From contig CAXXVZ010000002.1 of NCBI GenBank assembly GCA_963678065.2, positions 512,001 through 576,000 of the forward strand: a stretch of 64,000 nucleotides of DNA, in the 5' to 3' direction. A program made the position numbers and the translations under genes. Below the pieces are notes generated by a model. It did not search any database. It was not told the DNA's origin and was given only the letters and a program-made list of their open reading frames with translations. How positions within the stretch are numbered: the first letter of the stretch is position 1; each line of letters starts with the position of its first letter. Below are positions 47,468 to 58,655 of the stretch, piece after piece. The stretch is from Treponemataceae bacterium (GTDB lineage Bacteria; Spirochaetota; Spirochaetia; Treponematales; Rectinemataceae).

Positions 47468-47959
47468 CTATAAAAGTTTTTCATAAGCTATGAAGTCCGT
47501 ATCATACAAATGCACCATCCCCAGTTCTCGATATCCCATTCTCCTGTAAAGTCTATTTGCAGCTGTATTTACTTTTGCCGCAAGATGATGGGTTGCCTTG
47601 AATCCCCTGCTTTTCGCATAGGCGCTTATATTTCCCATCATCTTTTCCCCGATACCTTTGCCTTGATGCTCAGGCGATACGCATAAACGGACAAGAAAGC
47701 ATGCTTTGACGTTTACCCAATCCAATGATTGTATATCCGGGTCATCCTCTTCGAATATGGATATTGTAGCCAATATTTCATCGTGTCCGATCAATGCGAA
47801 TAGTCTTCCGTTTTCCAGATCTTCTCTCAATATGTCTTTATTGGGATAATCTTCATCCCAATCCGAAGTACCGTCTTCCCTGCCTTTCGCTTTCACTGCT
47901 TCATAGAGAGAGAAGATTACGTTTTCTTCTTCCAATAGTGCTTTTCTGAACTGTTGCAT
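47468..47959 (-). CDS. GNAT-family N-acetyltransferase (AT-rich gene)
   Basis: RLCVSPEHQGKGIG, NTAANRLYRRMGY; WDEDYP motif. Confidence 0.85.
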   Translation of the reverse strand: MQQFRKALLEEENVIFSLYEAVKAKGREDGTSDWDEDYPNKDILREDLENGRLFALIGHDEILATISIFEEDDPDIQSLDWVNVKACFLVRLCVSPEHQGKGIGEKMMGNISAYAKSRGFKATHHLAAKVNTAANRLYRRMGYRELGMVHLYDTDFIAYEKLL

Positions 47960-48260
47960 GCGTTGAATCCTCTATCAATACGCGACTGATGTCCATTGCT
48001 CTTCATGTGATGGCTTCGTTATGGAAAAAGGCCGCCAGGCGCATTGCCGGACGGCCTTTCGCATGTTCGCAATTCGCTGGAAGCGAACCGTTCGTGCGTT
48101 ACCTGAATTTCAGATAACGCCCCCGAAACGCGGTCCATCTCGCGCCCGGACGTACTTGCTTCCTGATGCCGGAAAACGCCTTCATCCGCAGGAAGCCGGG
48201 CGGATGCCTCGTCACCCCGCGGATGACGCCGGCATCGCCCAGACATTTATTCAAGACCCC

Positions 48261-49625
<1,365 letters not shown>

Positions 49626-49659
49626 TCAAGACGGCCGCGCGCCGGGCCGGCCGCATGGC

Positions 49660-50466
49660 TCATTTGAGTCCGGCCCGCTCCCTCGCTTTTTTCGCGACCG
49701 AGTCGACCTGGCCCGCGAGCTCGCCTGAGGTGAAGGCCCTCATGGCGGCGGCGACACCGAGACCGGGATTGCGCATGCCCGAGGTCGAGAAAGTGCGCAT
49801 GTAGAGCATCTTCTTCCCGCCCACATCGATTTCCTTGAGATACCACGACGAGTCGGCGGCATAGAGTTTGCCGTCGAGGCTCTCGGTCATCCTGTAGCGG
49901 AAGCCGGCGGCGCCGTCGGGCAGGTTGTCCCGGTACGACTCGAGGCGGAGCTTGTAGCCTATCCTGATGCCGAGGAAGTTGATGCCGATCTCCTCGTAGA
50001 CTTTGATCGATCCCTCCGCGCGATCCTCCACTTTGGCTTCCTGGAGTCGGGGAGAGATGGTCTTGAGCACGGGGTAATCCCAGAGAAGCGTGGCGACAGC
50101 CTCGAGCGGGACCTCGTAGATGCCGTGAGCCTCGCCGGTGCCGAGCACGCGCCTTTCGCCGGGGACTTGCTCGGGGTTTATCACGTCGACGGCGAAGGAC
50201 TCCGACCTGCCCGCCAGTTTCGCGGCGCCGGCCTCGTCGAGGTTTCCTGCGCCTCCCGGCCCGGTCGCTCCGTAGCGCAGGTTGAAGCCCGCGAAGCTCG
50301 TGAGGGTGCCGCCGTTGACCGCGGCCGGGGGTGCCGCCGCAGAGCCCGCAGGCGAAGCACCCTGAGCGGCCGAGAGCGGGGCGAGGCCCGCGGCGCAGAG
50401 AAGTATTCCGGCGGCGAGGCTTCCCACGAGGCGCCGAGCCACCGTCATGCCCTGTTTCGGCTCCAT
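49660..50466 (-). CDS. Exported hypothetical protein, possibly START/SRPBCC fold
   Basis: Signal-like segment; VPLEAVATLLWDYPVL..ISP pattern; follows parB directly. Confidence 0.55.
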   Translation of the reverse strand: MEPKQGMTVARRLVGSLAAGILLCAAGLAPLSAAQGASPAGSAAAPPAAVNGGTLTSFAGFNLRYGATGPGGAGNLDEAGAAKLAGRSESFAVDVINPEQVPGERRVLGTGEAHGIYEVPLEAVATLLWDYPVLKTISPRLQEAKVEDRAEGSIKVYEEIGINFLGIRIGYKLRLESYRDNLPDGAAGFRYRMTESLDGKLYAADSSWYLKEIDVGGKKMLYMRTFSTSGMRNPGLGVAAAMRAFTSGELAGQVDSVAKKARERAGLK

Positions 50467-50480
50467 GAAAGTCCCTCCCC

Positions 50481-51536
50481 TCATCTGCCGAGAACCTCGA
50501 TGATGCGGTCGAGATCCTCGAGCGAATAGTATTCCACTTCGACGATTCCCTTCTTCGCGCTGCCCTTGATGCTGACCTTGGTGCCGAGGCTCTGGATGAG
50601 TTTCTGTTCCACGGCGACGAGGTCCGGATCGCGGTTGGCGGCTTCGGCGGCCTTTCTGGCGGCCTTGGCCTTGCGCGCGCTTCCCGGAGCCGCGGCGAGG
50701 ACTGCCTGGGCGGCATCCTCGGCCTGGCGCACCGAGAGGGATTCCTCCGAGATGCGGGCGAAAAGCTTGTCGCGCACCGGCGCGTCGGGCAGAGCCAGAA
50801 GCGCGCGCGCGTGGCCTGCCGTAATGACGCCCGAGCGGAGCGACTCGAGCATGCGGGGCGAAAGTTTGAGGAGGCGGACGGCGTTGGCGATGGCGGAGCG
50901 GCTCTTGCCCACGGCCTCGGCGATCTCGTCCTGGGTGGCCCCGGAGAGTTCCATGAGGCTCCGGTAGGCCTCGGCTTCCTCGACCGGGTTCAGGTTCTCG
51001 CGCTGGATGTTCTCGATGAGCGAGATCTCGAGGCGCTTCGCTGGCGTGAACCTGCGGACGATGGCCGGGATCTCCGCGAGGTCTGCGCGCAGAGCCGCGC
51101 GGTAGCGGCGTTCTCCCGCGATGATGCGGTAGAAGCTTCCTTCCTCAGACGGATCGCTCCCCGGCGCCCGGATTCCGCTTTCCGCGCGCGAGTCGATCTC
51201 GACGAGGATGGGCTGGATGAGGCCGTGTCTCTTTATGGAAGAGGCGAGTTCTTCTATGGATTCCTCGGGGAAATCCTTGCGGGGCTGGTCGGGGTTGGGT
51301 CTGATGCGGGCGAGAGGGATGATGAGAATCTCCTCGCCTTCCGGGAGGGTGCCCATGCCCGACGTCGCGCGGCCGTCGGAACTCGCGGCCACATCCGTCG
51401 ACCCGCCGACTGGCGCCGTCTCTCCGGGGCCGAAGCCCATCGCGACCTCGACTCTGTCTCCGGGCGCGCCGCGCACGGGAAGCCGTTCGGGGATGAGGGC
51501 CCCGAGTCCCTTTCCGAGACCGAATTTATTCGCCAC
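50481..51536 (-). CDS. parB: Chromosome partitioning protein ParB/Spo0J
   Basis: GLGKGLGALI, PNPDQPRK, IIAGERRYRA, LIENIQRENL, GHARALL. Confidence 0.95.
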   Translation of the reverse strand: MANKFGLGKGLGALIPERLPVRGAPGDRVEVAMGFGPGETAPVGGSTDVAASSDGRATSGMGTLPEGEEILIIPLARIRPNPDQPRKDFPEESIEELASSIKRHGLIQPILVEIDSRAESGIRAPGSDPSEEGSFYRIIAGERRYRAALRADLAEIPAIVRRFTPAKRLEISLIENIQRENLNPVEEAEAYRSLMELSGATQDEIAEAVGKSRSAIANAVRLLKLSPRMLESLRSGVITAGHARALLALPDAPVRDKLFARISEESLSVRQAEDAAQAVLAAAPGSARKAKAARKAAEAANRDPDLVAVEQKLIQSLGTKVSIKGSAKKGIVEVEYYSLEDLDRIIEVLGR

Positions 51537-52284
51537 GCTCGATTATCTCCTTTGCCAACGCCTCGTAGCTGCGCGCTCCGATGCAGGTCGGATCGTAGAG
51601 GCAGACGGGAAGCCCGTGCGAGGGCGCTTCGGACAGGCGCACATTGCGCGGCACGATTGTCCTGAACACGCGGTCCTTGAAGTACTCTGTGACCTGACGC
51701 ACGACTTCCTGGGCGAGCCGCGTGCGCGAGTCGTACATAGTGAGCATGATGCCTGAGACCTTGAGCCCGGGGTTCATGCTTTTCTGCACAAGCCCGACGG
51801 TCTGCAGGATGAGCGAGAGACCTTCCAGGGCGAAATACTCGCACTGGAGCGGTATGCAGACCTCCTGGGCGGCATTGAGCCCGTTGAGCGTCAGGATTCC
51901 GAGGGAGGGAGGGCAGTCTATGAGTATGAAATCGTACGTGTCGGATACGGTGGCGATCGCCCGCTTCAGGTAGTCGTTGCGGTCGGGCTTGTCGACGAGT
52001 TCGACCGTCGCGCCGGAGAGATCTATGGAAGACGGCACATAGGAGAGGCCGGGAACTTTGGACTCATGCACCACTTCGACGAGTTCCATCTGCCCCGTGA
52101 TGACCTGGTATATGCCTTTGTCGCGGGCGGAACCGCCCACGCCGCTCGTCATGTTCCCCTGCGGATCGAAATCGACGAGGAGGGTCCGCTTCCCCGCGAG
52201 GGCGAGATAGGCCCCTATGTTTATGGCGCTCGTGGTTTTGCCCACACCGCCTTTCTGGTTCACGAAAACGATGATTCGAGCCAT
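51526..52284 (-). CDS. parA: Chromosome partitioning ATPase ParA/Soj
   Basis: NQKGGVGKTT, DFDPQGN, IDCPPSLG, QCEYFALEG, PRNVRLSEAPSHG. Confidence 0.96.
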   Translation of the reverse strand: MARIIVFVNQKGGVGKTTSAINIGAYLALAGKRTLLVDFDPQGNMTSGVGGSARDKGIYQVITGQMELVEVVHESKVPGLSYVPSSIDLSGATVELVDKPDRNDYLKRAIATVSDTYDFILIDCPPSLGILTLNGLNAAQEVCIPLQCEYFALEGLSLILQTVGLVQKSMNPGLKVSGIMLTMYDSRTRLAQEVVRQVTEYFKDRVFRTIVPRNVRLSEAPSHGLPVCLYDPTCIGARSYEALAKEIIERGE

Positions 52285-52480
52285 GCAGCCTCTCCGCTCC
52301 GGATTCGTTCCGAGTGTATCACACTCCGTCAAAAATTACCTAGTCCGGGACAGGGAAGCGGGGATACCGCGAAGCGCCGGACAGACTGCGACGCGAAGGC
52401 AGACGGGCCATGCAAGGGCAGGCCGGAAACTTGACCCTGCGGCGGATGGAAGGGTACATTCGAGGGACAAGGAGTTCCTT

Positions 52481-52705
52481 ATGATCGTCGAACAGGTCAA
52501 GAAAGCGATAGAAGAAGTGCGCCCCTCCCTCCAGGCTGATGGCGGCGACATCGAGCTCGTCTCCGTGGAAGAGGACGGCACTGTCAAAGTCCAGCTCACG
52601 GGCGCCTGCGGTTCCTGCCCCATGTCCACATTCACCCTCAAGCAGGGCGTCGAAGCCTATCTCAAGAAGACCATCCCCGAAGTGAAGGAAGTCGTCCAGG
52701 TCTGA
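52481..52705 (+). CDS. NifU-like (Nfu) Fe-S carrier domain protein
   Basis: VRPSLQADGGDIEL...GACGSCPMS..TLK. Confidence 0.92.
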   Translation: MIVEQVKKAIEEVRPSLQADGGDIELVSVEEDGTVKVQLTGACGSCPMSTFTLKQGVEAYLKKTIPEVKEVVQV

Positions 52706-52805
52706 TCCCGCTACTTTCGGGACCCGCGAAGCCTGAGCGCGGTACGTCAGCCGCTCAGGCTCCGACACGGGAAACGGAGCCTGGTCTGCGAGTCGAAGTA
52801 CAGGC

Positions 52806-53618
52806 TTATTTCCCCATCTTCGACTCGAACCACCGGAACAGCGCTTCCGCCCGGTTCGAGAATGAAACTTCGAGCTTTCCCTTGAATATGCCGGGCGCCT
52901 CCGCCCCGCTCTCCGCGTAGAACACGATCGCGTCCTCCGCCCTGATGAGAAAGAGGCGGGTGGAGAGAGCCCCAGCCGCCATGACGGGCACCAGTCCGTA
53001 GTTCATCCTCGTCAGGTTAGTCTGAGTGACGAGGAAGTTGTCCTCCGAAAACGAATAGTCATACCGGTAGACATTGGAGCCGAAGCTGAGATCGCGCTGA
53101 AAGGCGAAGAAGGACTCGGCGGCCGGAATCTTGCCGGGCAGGGGTGCAGGCGGGTCGGGAATTTTTTTCCGGGACTCGGGGCTCTCTATCCTGTAGGATT
53201 CGGCGTAGAAGGTGCGCAGTTCGTTGCGGCTCGCCGACCAATACTCGATGCCCTGGAGCGATCCTACAGATCTCAGGTAGCCGTAGATTCCGGCCAGCTC
53301 TGCGGCCGCCGCCGCGGGGTCCTGCGGTCTGGGCCGTGCCAGGGAGAAGAGGGTCTCGACGAGAATGCTCGACTTGGATGACGCGATCGCCGCCTTCAGC
53401 ACCGCGGACGTGGGATGATCCGGCAGGAGAGACGGCTCTCCCTTGTAGGCGACGCGCACCACTCTTCCCGTCGTCGCGAGGGAGCCGACGACGGTCTTGC
53501 CGTACAGGCTCTCAAGGGTATACGGCCGGACAGACTGGGCGCCGATGTTCACGCTCCCGGACAGCAGCAAAAATGCGAGGCACATGAGGGTCGGGACGGG
53601 CCGGATGGGCATCTTCAT
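52806..53618 (-). CDS. Exported spirochaete-type hypothetical protein (DUF6675-like)
   Basis: Signal peptide; LQGIEYWSASR, QRDLSFG, SFSNRAEA..WF, recalled from Treponema proteins. Confidence 0.6.
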   Translation of the reverse strand: MKMPIRPVPTLMCLAFLLLSGSVNIGAQSVRPYTLESLYGKTVVGSLATTGRVVRVAYKGEPSLLPDHPTSAVLKAAIASSKSSILVETLFSLARPRPQDPAAAAAELAGIYGYLRSVGSLQGIEYWSASRNELRTFYAESYRIESPESRKKIPDPPAPLPGKIPAAESFFAFQRDLSFGSNVYRYDYSFSEDNFLVTQTNLTRMNYGLVPVMAAGALSTRLFLIRAEDAIVFYAESGAEAPGIFKGKLEVSFSNRAEALFRWFESKMGK

Positions 53619-53770
53619 ACGCCTACTATACCACGTTTGAGCCCCTCTATGCACAGGGCGTTCCGATCATATATACAGAGCATGCGAAATCCCCTCAAAC
53701 CCCACACGCATCCAGCCATAAAGGCCTCGCCCCCAAGGGCGCCTTTTGGGTTCCGAAGGAGACCACGGCA

Positions 53771-55432
53771 ATGACGATCCTCACACTAGTACTGGAATTG
53801 GTCGGAGGTCTGGCAATGTTCATGCACGGCATGGAATTGACCAGTGACGGCATCCAGCGCGCGGCGGGGAACAGGCTGCAGCGCACCGTCAATTTCATGA
53901 CGAAGAACAGGGTCATGGCTGTACTCACGGGAACGCTCGTCACCATCCTGATCCAGTCCTCATCGGCGACGAGCGTCATGGTCGTATCCTTCGTGAACGC
54001 CGGTCTACTCTCTCTCGTTCAGGCCATCGGCGTCATCATGGGCACCAACATAGGGACGACCCTCACGGGCTGGATCATCGCGGCGGTCGGCGTCGGAAAG
54101 TTCAGCGTCGCCGCCCTCGCCGTGCCCATTTTCGGACTCGGCTTCTTCATGTCGCTCATGAAAAAGCGATCTGACTCCTTCAGAAGTTACGGTACGGTGT
54201 TCATGGGATTCTCCATGATTTTCCTCGGCCTCGGTTTCATTTCGGAATCCATCCCAAAGCCCTCAGGCGACGTCCTGTACTTCCTCCAGAATTTCTCCAA
54301 CCTCGGATTCCTCTCCATAATCATCGCCGTCCTGGTCGGCACGGTCTTCACCATCCTCGTCAACGCCTCGAGCGCGACGCTCGCCATCGTCATAGCCCTC
54401 GCCACCGAAGGCGTGATCGATTTCCGCATGGCCGCGGCCCTCACGCTCGGCGCCAACATCGGCACGACCTTCGACGCCTTCCTGGCCTCATTCGCCACCA
54501 ATGTCGACGGCAAGAGAGCCGGTTACGCCCACATCCTCTTCAACGTCTTCGGGACCCTCTGGGTCATCGCGGTCTTCGACCCATTCCTCAAATTCGTGGA
54601 CTTCGTGACGCCAGGAGAGATCACTCCCGCCACTCTCGGCGTCCACATCGCCATGCTGCACACCCTGTTCAACACCTGCAACACGATCATCCTTCTGCCC
54701 TTCGTGAATCAGTACGCCGCATTTATGCGTAAAATTTTCCCGGACAAGCCCGGCACGAAAGGACAAGTCCTCGTCTACCACCCCCAGCCGATCCTGCCCA
54801 CGCCGGAACTCTCCATCATCCACGCACGGAAGGAAATATCCGACATGTCTATCCTTGCGCGCGAGATGTTCCTTCGCGCCCGCGACGGACTCGTCACCTT
54901 GCCCGAAAACATGGAGACCGAACTCGAGTGGTTCGGCAAGCGCGAGAGCTACGCCGACTCGATGCAGGAAGAGCTCACTCGCTACCTTCTCACCATCAAC
55001 CGCCAAGACGTCAACGCCCGAACCGAAGAAAACCTCGGCCAGCTCATGCACATGGTAGACGACCTCGAAAACATCACCGATTCCTGCCTGAGCCTCGCCT
55101 ACCTCCTCGAACGCCAGGGCAAAAAACAGCTCATCTTCGGGAAGAAGGAGTCCACGGGACTCTTGCCCTACACAGCCCTCGTCGACGAATTTCTCGCCTT
55201 CATTGTCGGGAACATCGGCGGCCAGCTCTCGCCGGAGCAGCTCGACCTCGCGGGGGAATACGAGAATCGGGTCGACGCGATGCGCAAGGAGCTTAAAAAG
55301 AAGGCACAGAAGCGTCTTAGGGAGGGCAGCGAAGTCAAAGCCGAATTGCTCTTCCTCGACATCATCCGGCAGATCGAGAAGATCGGCGATCACGCCTTCG
55401 GAGTGGCCGCAGCCCTCAAAGCTCTTACATGA
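53771..55432 (+). CDS. Na/Pi cotransporter family protein with C-terminal PhoU-like domains
   Basis: QSSSATSV, GTNIGTT, GANIGTT, DLENITD, IEKIGDH. Confidence 0.92.
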   Translation: MTILTLVLELVGGLAMFMHGMELTSDGIQRAAGNRLQRTVNFMTKNRVMAVLTGTLVTILIQSSSATSVMVVSFVNAGLLSLVQAIGVIMGTNIGTTLTGWIIAAVGVGKFSVAALAVPIFGLGFFMSLMKKRSDSFRSYGTVFMGFSMIFLGLGFISESIPKPSGDVLYFLQNFSNLGFLSIIIAVLVGTVFTILVNASSATLAIVIALATEGVIDFRMAAALTLGANIGTTFDAFLASFATNVDGKRAGYAHILFNVFGTLWVIAVFDPFLKFVDFVTPGEITPATLGVHIAMLHTLFNTCNTIILLPFVNQYAAFMRKIFPDKPGTKGQVLVYHPQPILPTPELSIIHARKEISDMSILAREMFLRARDGLVTLPENMETELEWFGKRESYADSMQEELTRYLLTINRQDVNARTEENLGQLMHMVDDLENITDSCLSLAYLLERQGKKQLIFGKKESTGLLPYTALVDEFLAFIVGNIGGQLSPEQLDLAGEYENRVDAMRKELKKKAQKRLREGSEVKAELLFLDIIRQIEKIGDHAFGVAAALKALT

Positions 55433-56066
55433 GGGTTTCAGGCAGACTGTAGACTTCCGAGACCTTCTCGATGAGGATGGCCCCCATGCCGAGCGCGAGA
55501 GCGGGAGCGAGGTCGACGTCGTAGCGGTCGCCGACAGAGACGAGATCGGCATACTGCGTTCCCAGCCGGGCGGCCGCGAGCATAAAGGGCGCGGGGTCGG
55601 GCTTGCTCTTCAGGGTATCGTCGAGCCCGACGACGACCGTGAAACAGTCCCGGATGCCGAGCGCGTCGAGACTCGCGGTCCCGACGGAGCATGGATTGTT
55701 CGTGACGAGGGCGAGGGGGAAGCGGGCGGCCAGGGAGGAAAGGGCGCGGGCGAGTTCGGGATCGGGCCGGAGCCACTCGGCGGGTCGGATGCCCTCCTCG
55801 CGCCAGCGCGCACTCGTGGCGATGTCGACGCCGAAGGCGGCCGAGAGATTGGCCATGCTGGTCGGCGGCAGCCCCACCGCGGCGCGTTCAGCCTTGAGAC
55901 GCGCGAGTTCGGCCCGGGCGCCGGCCAGATCGGTCCCGAGGAAGCCGGCGAGCCGCTCTTCCAGTATTCTGGCCTGAAAATCCGTGTAGGCCGCGTTCGT
56001 GTACAGCGTGTTGTCGAGATCGAAGATCAGGGCAGAAATCTGCCCTGGCAGGCGAAAAACCTTCAC
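55425..56066 (-). CDS. HAD-superfamily phosphatase
   Basis: C-terminal part of track ORF 55425..57389; FDLDNTLY, VTNN, KPDP, VGDRYDVD; GTG start overlaps prs stop. Confidence 0.85.
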   Translation of the reverse strand: MKVFRLPGQISALIFDLDNTLYTNAAYTDFQARILEERLAGFLGTDLAGARAELARLKAERAAVGLPPTSMANLSAAFGVDIATSARWREEGIRPAEWLRPDPELARALSSLAARFPLALVTNNPCSVGTASLDALGIRDCFTVVVGLDDTLKSKPDPAPFMLAAARLGTQYADLVSVGDRYDVDLAPALALGMGAILIEKVSEVYSLPETLM

Positions 56067-57427
56067 AGATCGTCGGCGGGTTCGAAGGGAATGGGCTCGT
56101 CGAGCCCCTCCTGTCCGGCCGGAGGCTCCTGCTTCTGCGCCGCAAAGGCGTGCGCTTGCTGGGAAGTCGCCGGCTTCACGCCGGACTGCTTGTCCATCTG
56201 CTTCTTGATCAGCTTGGCGACCACGTCGCGGTTGTCCAGCATCGAGGAGAGCGAGCGGTCGTGGTGGATGAGGCTGATGATCTGGGCGAACAGCCCCGTG
56301 ACGTCTGCCTGGATGAACCACTCGCGGTCCGAGAGCTCGGTGTTGCGCACGGCGTTGGTCCCGATGATGCGGTAGAACAGTCCCTGCTTGTAGGCGGCGT
56401 CGAAGTCGTTGATGGCGTTTCCGGAAAAGAAAGGCAACGAGACCGCCGAGATGACTTTGGTGGCTCCCATTTCTTTCAGGTTCTTCATTCCCTTGATGAG
56501 GGTTCCGCCGGTCCCGATCATGTCGTCGGCCATGAAGACCGTCTTGCCGCGCACGTCGCCGAGGAGCTTCATCTCGCTGATGTTGGTCTCGGAGGCGCTC
56601 TTGGTGACCTTGGAATAGTCGCGCTCCTTGTAGAGGAGGGCGAGCGGGCGCTGGAAGGCATTGGCGTAGAACTTGTTGCGGTCGACGGCGCCGGTGTCGG
56701 GCGCAAGCACGACGAGGTCGTCTTTCTTTATGTCGATTATGCCGATGAGTTTTTCGATGATCTGGAAGGAGGCGTGCAGGTTCTCGACTCTCAGGTTCGT
56801 GAAGCTGTTTTCGATCTCCCGCGAGTGGATGTCGAGGGTGATGATGCGCGAGACGCCGAGATTTTCCAGCATCTGGCCGACGCGGGCGGCGGTGAGGCCC
56901 TCGCGTCCCTTTTTCTTGTGCTGGCGGGCGTAGGGATAGGAGGGCAGGACGAGATTGACCCGCCCGGCGCCGGCTTCCATGGCCGCATCTATCGTGACGA
57001 AGAGGGAGAATATGTGGTCGTTGACGGAAAATTGCTTGTGCGTCGTGCCCTCGTTGAAGGCGATGGGCTGATGGTTTTCGATATCCTGGAAAATGTAGAG
57101 ATCCTTGCCCCTGACCGATTCGAGGATCTCCGTCTTGACCTCTCCGTTGGCGAAGAAGGTGTGCCGTGTGTTGATCTTGAGGCGGGGAGGGCGATACTGG
57201 TTCACGTTGCCGGGGATATAGGAGAGGCTCGAATTGGTATCCTGCGCGAAGTTGATCTTGCGGGTGACCAGTTCCTGGGAAAGGTGGTAGCGGGACGCGA
57301 GAGCTGCGGTCTTTCGGTCGAAACGGCGCTTGTAAATCCCGGCGAGCCTGCGGATCACCTGATCCGCGAAAGCCTCGCCGCCGGGGCAAGCAAGAATTCC
57401 GAGCTTTGAAGGATCAGAGTAGCTCAT
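56063..57427 (-). CDS. prs: Ribose-phosphate pyrophosphokinase (long form)
   Basis: FANGE, YPYARQ, TLDIHS, PDTGA, KER, DDMIGTGGT. Confidence 0.93.
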   Translation of the reverse strand: MSYSDPSKLGILACPGGEAFADQVIRRLAGIYKRRFDRKTAALASRYHLSQELVTRKINFAQDTNSSLSYIPGNVNQYRPPRLKINTRHTFFANGEVKTEILESVRGKDLYIFQDIENHQPIAFNEGTTHKQFSVNDHIFSLFVTIDAAMEAGAGRVNLVLPSYPYARQHKKKGREGLTAARVGQMLENLGVSRIITLDIHSREIENSFTNLRVENLHASFQIIEKLIGIIDIKKDDLVVLAPDTGAVDRNKFYANAFQRPLALLYKERDYSKVTKSASETNISEMKLLGDVRGKTVFMADDMIGTGGTLIKGMKNLKEMGATKVISAVSLPFFSGNAINDFDAAYKQGLFYRIIGTNAVRNTELSDREWFIQADVTGLFAQIISLIHHDRSLSSMLDNRDVVAKLIKKQMDKQSGVKPATSQQAHAFAAQKQEPPAGQEGLDEPIPFEPADDL

Positions 57428-57641
57428 GGGTACTGCCTTTTTGGGTGGGACTTGGTCTTCAGCCTACCCGCGCGCTGTACCTTAGTCAATGCCCCGCATT
57501 GCCTCATAATTTTTCGAGACGAAAGAGTGAGTCTGCCTCATAAGTAAATCACGACGAAGGGCCCCGCATTGCCTGTCATCGGTTATTGTCCCATCACTTG
57601 TTATATCTTCATGATGTGCGAGGGGGACCGCGGATCGCCTG

Positions 57642-58631
57642 TCAGAGCAGCTTCCGGCTGCTCACCCTCACGTTGATGATGACAGCGAGGGCGATGACGA
57701 GGCCGACGAACGCGTCCTGGATGTACGCGTCGGTTCCGAGGAGGACCAGGCCCGTCCGCACCTCGGCCATGATGAAAGTCCCTATGAACGAGCCGATGAT
57801 GCTTCCGATGCCGCCCGACATCGAGGTGCCGCCGATCACCGCCGCCGCTATCGCCTCGAGCTCGAGACTGGTTCCCTGCGTTGGGGTGACCGTTTTCAGG
57901 TATCCGAGCGAAACAAGGGATGCGAGCCCGGCCGCCCCGGCGGTAAGAAGGAAGCAGATCCTCTTTATGTGGACGGTCTTGATGCCGGCGAGCTCCGCGG
58001 CGTCGCGGTTGTCTCCCGACGCATACACCCGGACTCCGAACGTCGTGCGGTGCAACACGACGTACATCGCGATCCCCCACGCGAGCACCCAGAAAACAGG
58101 GACAGGAATCAGTCCAAACAACTCCGAACGGCCCATGATGCCGTAGAAGGGGTTGTCGTCGAATGTGGATATCGGCTGCCCCTGCGAGAGGACCATCGCG
58201 ATGCCCCGAAAGACCATCATCGTCGAGAGTGTGGCGATGAAGGAATTGATTTTTGTGGTTGTGACGAGGAGTCCGTTCAGATAGCCGAGGATGAGAGCGC
58301 TCGCGAGACCAAGCACGGCCGAAAGCCAGATGTTCAGACCGAGATTCTTCGTCAGAAGTCCGGTGACAACTCCGGTGACGGCGAATATGGCGCCGACGGA
58401 CAGATCGAATTCTCCGGCGATGATGAGAATCGTCATCGACATCGCGATGATCCCGAGCCCCGCCGTCTGGCGGAGGAGGTTGAAGAAATTGTACGCCGTC
58501 AGGAAGACCGGCGACGTGAGCGAAAAAAATATCCCGATGAGTATGGCCGCGGCCACTACGCCGAAGTCCCGGAATCCGACAAAGCGCCTGATGACGGAGC
58601 CCTTGCCTGAAGATGATGTGCCGTTTGCCAT
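57642..58631 (-). CDS. Monosaccharide ABC permease (RbsC-like)
   Basis: FDLSVG, FIATL, GDNRDAAELAGI, ELEAIAAAVIGGTSMSGG. Confidence 0.92.
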   Translation of the reverse strand: MANGTSSSGKGSVIRRFVGFRDFGVVAAAILIGIFFSLTSPVFLTAYNFFNLLRQTAGLGIIAMSMTILIIAGEFDLSVGAIFAVTGVVTGLLTKNLGLNIWLSAVLGLASALILGYLNGLLVTTTKINSFIATLSTMMVFRGIAMVLSQGQPISTFDDNPFYGIMGRSELFGLIPVPVFWVLAWGIAMYVVLHRTTFGVRVYASGDNRDAAELAGIKTVHIKRICFLLTAGAAGLASLVSLGYLKTVTPTQGTSLELEAIAAAVIGGTSMSGGIGSIIGSFIGTFIMAEVRTGLVLLGTDAYIQDAFVGLVIALAVIINVRVSSRKLL

Positions 58632-58655
58632 GTTTCGCGCTCCTTGTGTTCCGCC

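Noticed and set aside
48010..48260. GC-rich stems downstream of eno as an ncRNA or riboswitch
   Set aside because: No recognisable family motif; stems are expected at this GC level and may be a terminator
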